In this document: piece after piece, positions 61,714 through 64,000 of the stretch | Numbering within the stretch: the first letter of the stretch is position 1 | How the letters are laid out: every line of letters begins with the position of its first letter | Assembly: GCA_035458765.1 (NCBI GenBank) | Contig: DATHZE010000048.1 | Span: forward strand, 4,996 to 68,995 | DNA length: 64,000 nucleotides | Source: Longimicrobiales bacterium | GTDB taxonomy: Bacteria; Gemmatimonadota; Gemmatimonadetes; Longimicrobiales; Gaopeijiaceae | Direction: 5' to 3' | The notes under the pieces: generated by a model | Told to the model about the DNA's origin: nothing | Database searches by the model: none | The model's input: the letters and a program-made list of their open reading frames with translations, nothing else | Translations under genes and position numbers: made by a program

Positions 61714-61759
61714 TTGACAGTGTGGGCGGGCTCCTTACTTTCCCTTAGCGTGTCTAAGG
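61714..61759 (+). promoter_or_regulatory. candidate promoter for the DUF5916-like gene followed by the 17-nt palindrome (site 3)
   Basis: TTGACA (61714-61719), 16 nt, TACTTT (61736-61741), 1 nt, CCTTAGCGTGTCTAAGG (61743-61759). Confidence 0.45.
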
Positions 61760-61867
61760 TGGCGGCCCAGGGGGCCGGCTTTCAGTGGGGAGGTGGGGTG
61801 TGGGGACGCGGACGAGATGAGCGCAGATGGCGGTGAGGATGTCACCACTCTTGGGCCACCACCGAAG

Positions 61868-64000
61868 ATGACGAAGCGAGGACGGTGGGTGCTGCGCGGT
61901 GCTTGTTTTGCCGCCTGCGTCTTTGCGTCCTCTGCCGGGGGCGTCGCAGCGCAGCAGAGCTCCACGGCCCCAGACACGCCCAGGATCGACCCCCCACGCG
62001 GTGCAGACGTCGTGGTCCACGCCGTGCGGACAGCGGCGCGCCCCCAGATCGACGGCGTTCTCGATGAGGCGCTCTGGACCGGCATCGATCCCGTCTCCGG
62101 CTTCCGCCAGCGTTGGCCCGTGGACGGCGCGCCGGCATCCGAGCGGACCGAGGTACGCATCGCCTACGACGACCACGCCATCTATTTCGGCCTGGTGATG
62201 TTCGACTCCGAGCCCGAGCGCATCATGCGCAGCATCCTCCACCGTGAGGGCCGTATCGACAAGGACGATCGGGTCATCATCGCCCTGGATACCTACCACG
62301 ATCGGCGCAGCGCCTACGTCTTCGAGCTGAACCCCTTCGGCACCCAGGGCGACGCACACTTCACCAACGAGCAGCTCGTCTTCCCCAACGACTGGATGTG
62401 GGAGGGCGTGTACCAGAGCGAAGCCCGCATCACCGATCGGGGCTGGGAGCTGGAGGTGGCGATCCCCCTGACCACCATCCGCTTCGAAGAGAAGGACGTC
62501 GCGACCATGGGTGTGGCGGTGTACCGCTCCATCCGGCGCAAGAACGAAGAGGTGACCTGGCCCCATATCTCCATCGCGTACACGGGAACGTTGGAGGGTG
62601 GGATGGACCAGGCCTCGCAGTTCGCGACCCTGGCGGGGTTGGAGGGCCTTCGTCCCGGACGACACCTCGAGGTCAAGCCGTTCGCCATTCTCGGCGGGCA
62701 GAAGCGCCCCGACCTGGCCGAGGCCGAGATCCTGGACGACATCGGCGTGGACGTGAAGTACAGCATCACGCCCGGTGTGACCCTGGACCTCACCTACAAC
62801 ACCGACTTCGCCCAGGTCGAAGCCGACAACGTCCAGATCAACCTCACCCGCTTCGGCCTCTTCTACCCGGAGAAGCGCGAGTTCTTCCTCGAACGTTCGG
62901 ATCTCTTCCAATTCGGAAGCGCAGGGCAGGCGGACGTATTCTTCTCCCGGCGGGTGGGGATCCAGAATGACATCGTGGGCGGGGGCCGGCTCACGGGTCA
63001 GGCGGGCCCGTTCTCCGTGGGAATCCTGAGCCTCCAGACCGCCGACGGAGACGCCACCGCCGGCGCCAACAACTCGGTCATCCGCGTCCGGGGGGACGTC
63101 GGGCCGCGCGCAACGGTGGGTGGAATCCTCACCAACATGCAGAACCGCGATTTCGCTGGACGCGCCGCGGGCGTCGACGGTCGCTTCCGCTTCTTCAGCA
63201 GCAGCGGCGTGAGCTTCTGGCTCGCCGACAGCTGGAACGGGGACGGCGTGGGCGGAACCACGGCGGGCTTCGCTGGGCTCACGCTGCGGAACGCCAAGTA
63301 CCAGGCCGCCGCCACCTATACCGACATCGGCGCGAACTTCGACCCCGCCCTGGGCTTCGTCCAGCGCAGGGACATGGTCCGCTGGCAGGGAGAGGCGGGG
63401 GTCACCCCGCGCTTCCCGGAGAGCTCGTGGGCCCGAAGCCTCAGAGTCTGGGCCCGGGGCACCTACATCGAGGGGCAGGACGGTCGGAAGCAGTCCGACG
63501 AGATCCTTCAGCAGACCGCGCTCGACTTCGACAGCGGCGAACGGATCATGGTGGGCTTCACCCGCCGCGCGGAGGTCCTGGACATGCCCTTTGCCATCCG
63601 CCCGGACGTGGTGCTGGAGGCCGGCGCGTACGACTACGGCTACGTCGGAGCCCTCTTCCGCACCAACCTCAGCCGGCCCCTGGCCATGGGGGTCATGTCG
63701 CACGTCGGAGACTTCTGGAACGGAAGCTATTTCCAGTTCGGAGCGGACGTCACGTGGAAGACGGGCCCCCACCTCGAACTCACCGGAAGCGTGAACCGCA
63801 ACCAGATCGACCTCCCCGTCCAGAACGGGGACTTCAACACGACCATCCTGTCCATGAACGTCCTGGGCGCCCTGAGCCGGAAGCTCTTCGCCAACGCCCT
63901 CATCCAGTACGACAACGTTTCCGAGACGGTGCAGGCCAACGTCCGCATCGACTGGATCCACACGCCGGGGAGCGACCTCTTCCTGGTGCTGGACACCGGC
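61868..64000 (+). CDS. 3'-truncated secreted DUF5916/CBM9-like domain protein (not in the supplied ORF track)
   Basis: My own translation from ATG 61868 is stop-free to the window end with high GC3: MTKRGRWVLRGACFAACVFASSAGGVAAQQ...PQIDGVLDEALW...DDHAIYFGLVMFD...IIALDTYHDRRSAYVFELNPFGTQGD.... The 735-aa minus ORF 61754-63961 is its antisense shadow. ATG 61817 is an in-frame alternative. Confidence 0.8.
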   Translation, partial: MTKRGRWVLRGACFAACVFASSAGGVAAQQSSTAPDTPRIDPPRGADVVVHAVRTAARPQIDGVLDEALWTGIDPVSGFRQRWPVDGAPASERTEVRIAYDDHAIYFGLVMFDSEPERIMRSILHREGRIDKDDRVIIALDTYHDRRSAYVFELNPFGTQGDAHFTNEQLVFPNDWMWEGVYQSEARITDRGWELEVAIPLTTIRFEEKDVATMGVAVYRSIRRKNEEVTWPHISIAYTGTLEGGMDQASQFATLAGLEGLRPGRHLEVKPFAILGGQKRPDLAEAEILDDIGVDVKYSITPGVTLDLTYNTDFAQVEADNVQINLTRFGLFYPEKREFFLERSDLFQFGSAGQADVFFSRRVGIQNDIVGGGRLTGQAGPFSVGILSLQTADGDATAGANNSVIRVRGDVGPRATVGGILTNMQNRDFAGRAAGVDGRFRFFSSSGVSFWLADSWNGDGVGGTTAGFAGLTLRNAKYQAAATYTDIGANFDPALGFVQRRDMVRWQGEAGVTPRFPESSWARSLRVWARGTYIEGQDGRKQSDEILQQTALDFDSGERIMVGFTRRAEVLDMPFAIRPDVVLEAGAYDYGYVGALFRTNLSRPLAMGVMSHVGDFWNGSYFQFGADVTWKTGPHLELTGSVNRNQIDLPVQNGDFNTTILSMNVLGALSRKLFANALIQYDNVSETVQANVRIDWIHTPGSDLFLVLDTG

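Overview
High-G+C bacterial chromosomal segment with strong GC3 bias. I call 38 protein-coding genes. I saw no rRNA, tRNA, CRISPR array, transposase or integrase. The family content (PadR + ADOP duplicated FtsX permease pairs, TolB-propeller/amidohydrolase fusion, sortilin/BNR protein, S46 dipeptidyl peptidase, TPR Ser/Thr kinase) suggests a Gemmatimonadota/Acidobacteriota-like organism; this is inference only.

Layout:
- 1-4.1 kb: a 5'-truncated GltD-like flavoprotein/ferredoxin fusion followed by korA-korB.
- 4.1-6.5 kb: TPR Ser/Thr kinase.
- 6.7-8.0 kb: M20 peptidase.
- 8.3-10.7 kb: a second 2-oxoacid:ferredoxin oxidoreductase with a beta-gamma fusion.
- 10.8-28 kb: secreted BNR protein, an internally duplicated lipoprotein, and exopeptidases of families S9, S46, M1 and M14.
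- 28-41 kb: secreted GH38, GH63-like and GH2 glycosidases, interleaved with a serine hydrolase, a SET-domain protein and an atypical amidohydrolase.
- 41.4-48.2 kb: DUF362, NupC, PfkB kinase and a TolB/amidohydrolase fusion.
- 48.2-52.3 kb: potDABC-like operon.
- 52.5-61.6 kb: one minus-strand block of two PadR-ADOP permease modules flanking an ABC-F ATPase, preceded by an MA-type peptidase-like gene.
- 61.9 kb to the window end: a DUF5916/CBM9-like gene that runs off the window and is missing from the ORF track.

Most long ORFs in the track are antisense or out-of-frame shadows of these genes, as expected at this G+C. The window is mostly ordinary metabolism and scavenging. No defence-like or clearly novel multi-gene system was recognised.

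The most distinctive sequence-level signals are:
- a 17-nt palindrome present three times at promoter-proximal positions around padR2;
- an 18-nt direct repeat pair over the padR1 promoter;
- a bacterial SET/post-SET protein;
- an amidohydrolase-fold protein that lacks the canonical catalytic residues;
- two short coding-like gene relics in intergenic DNA.
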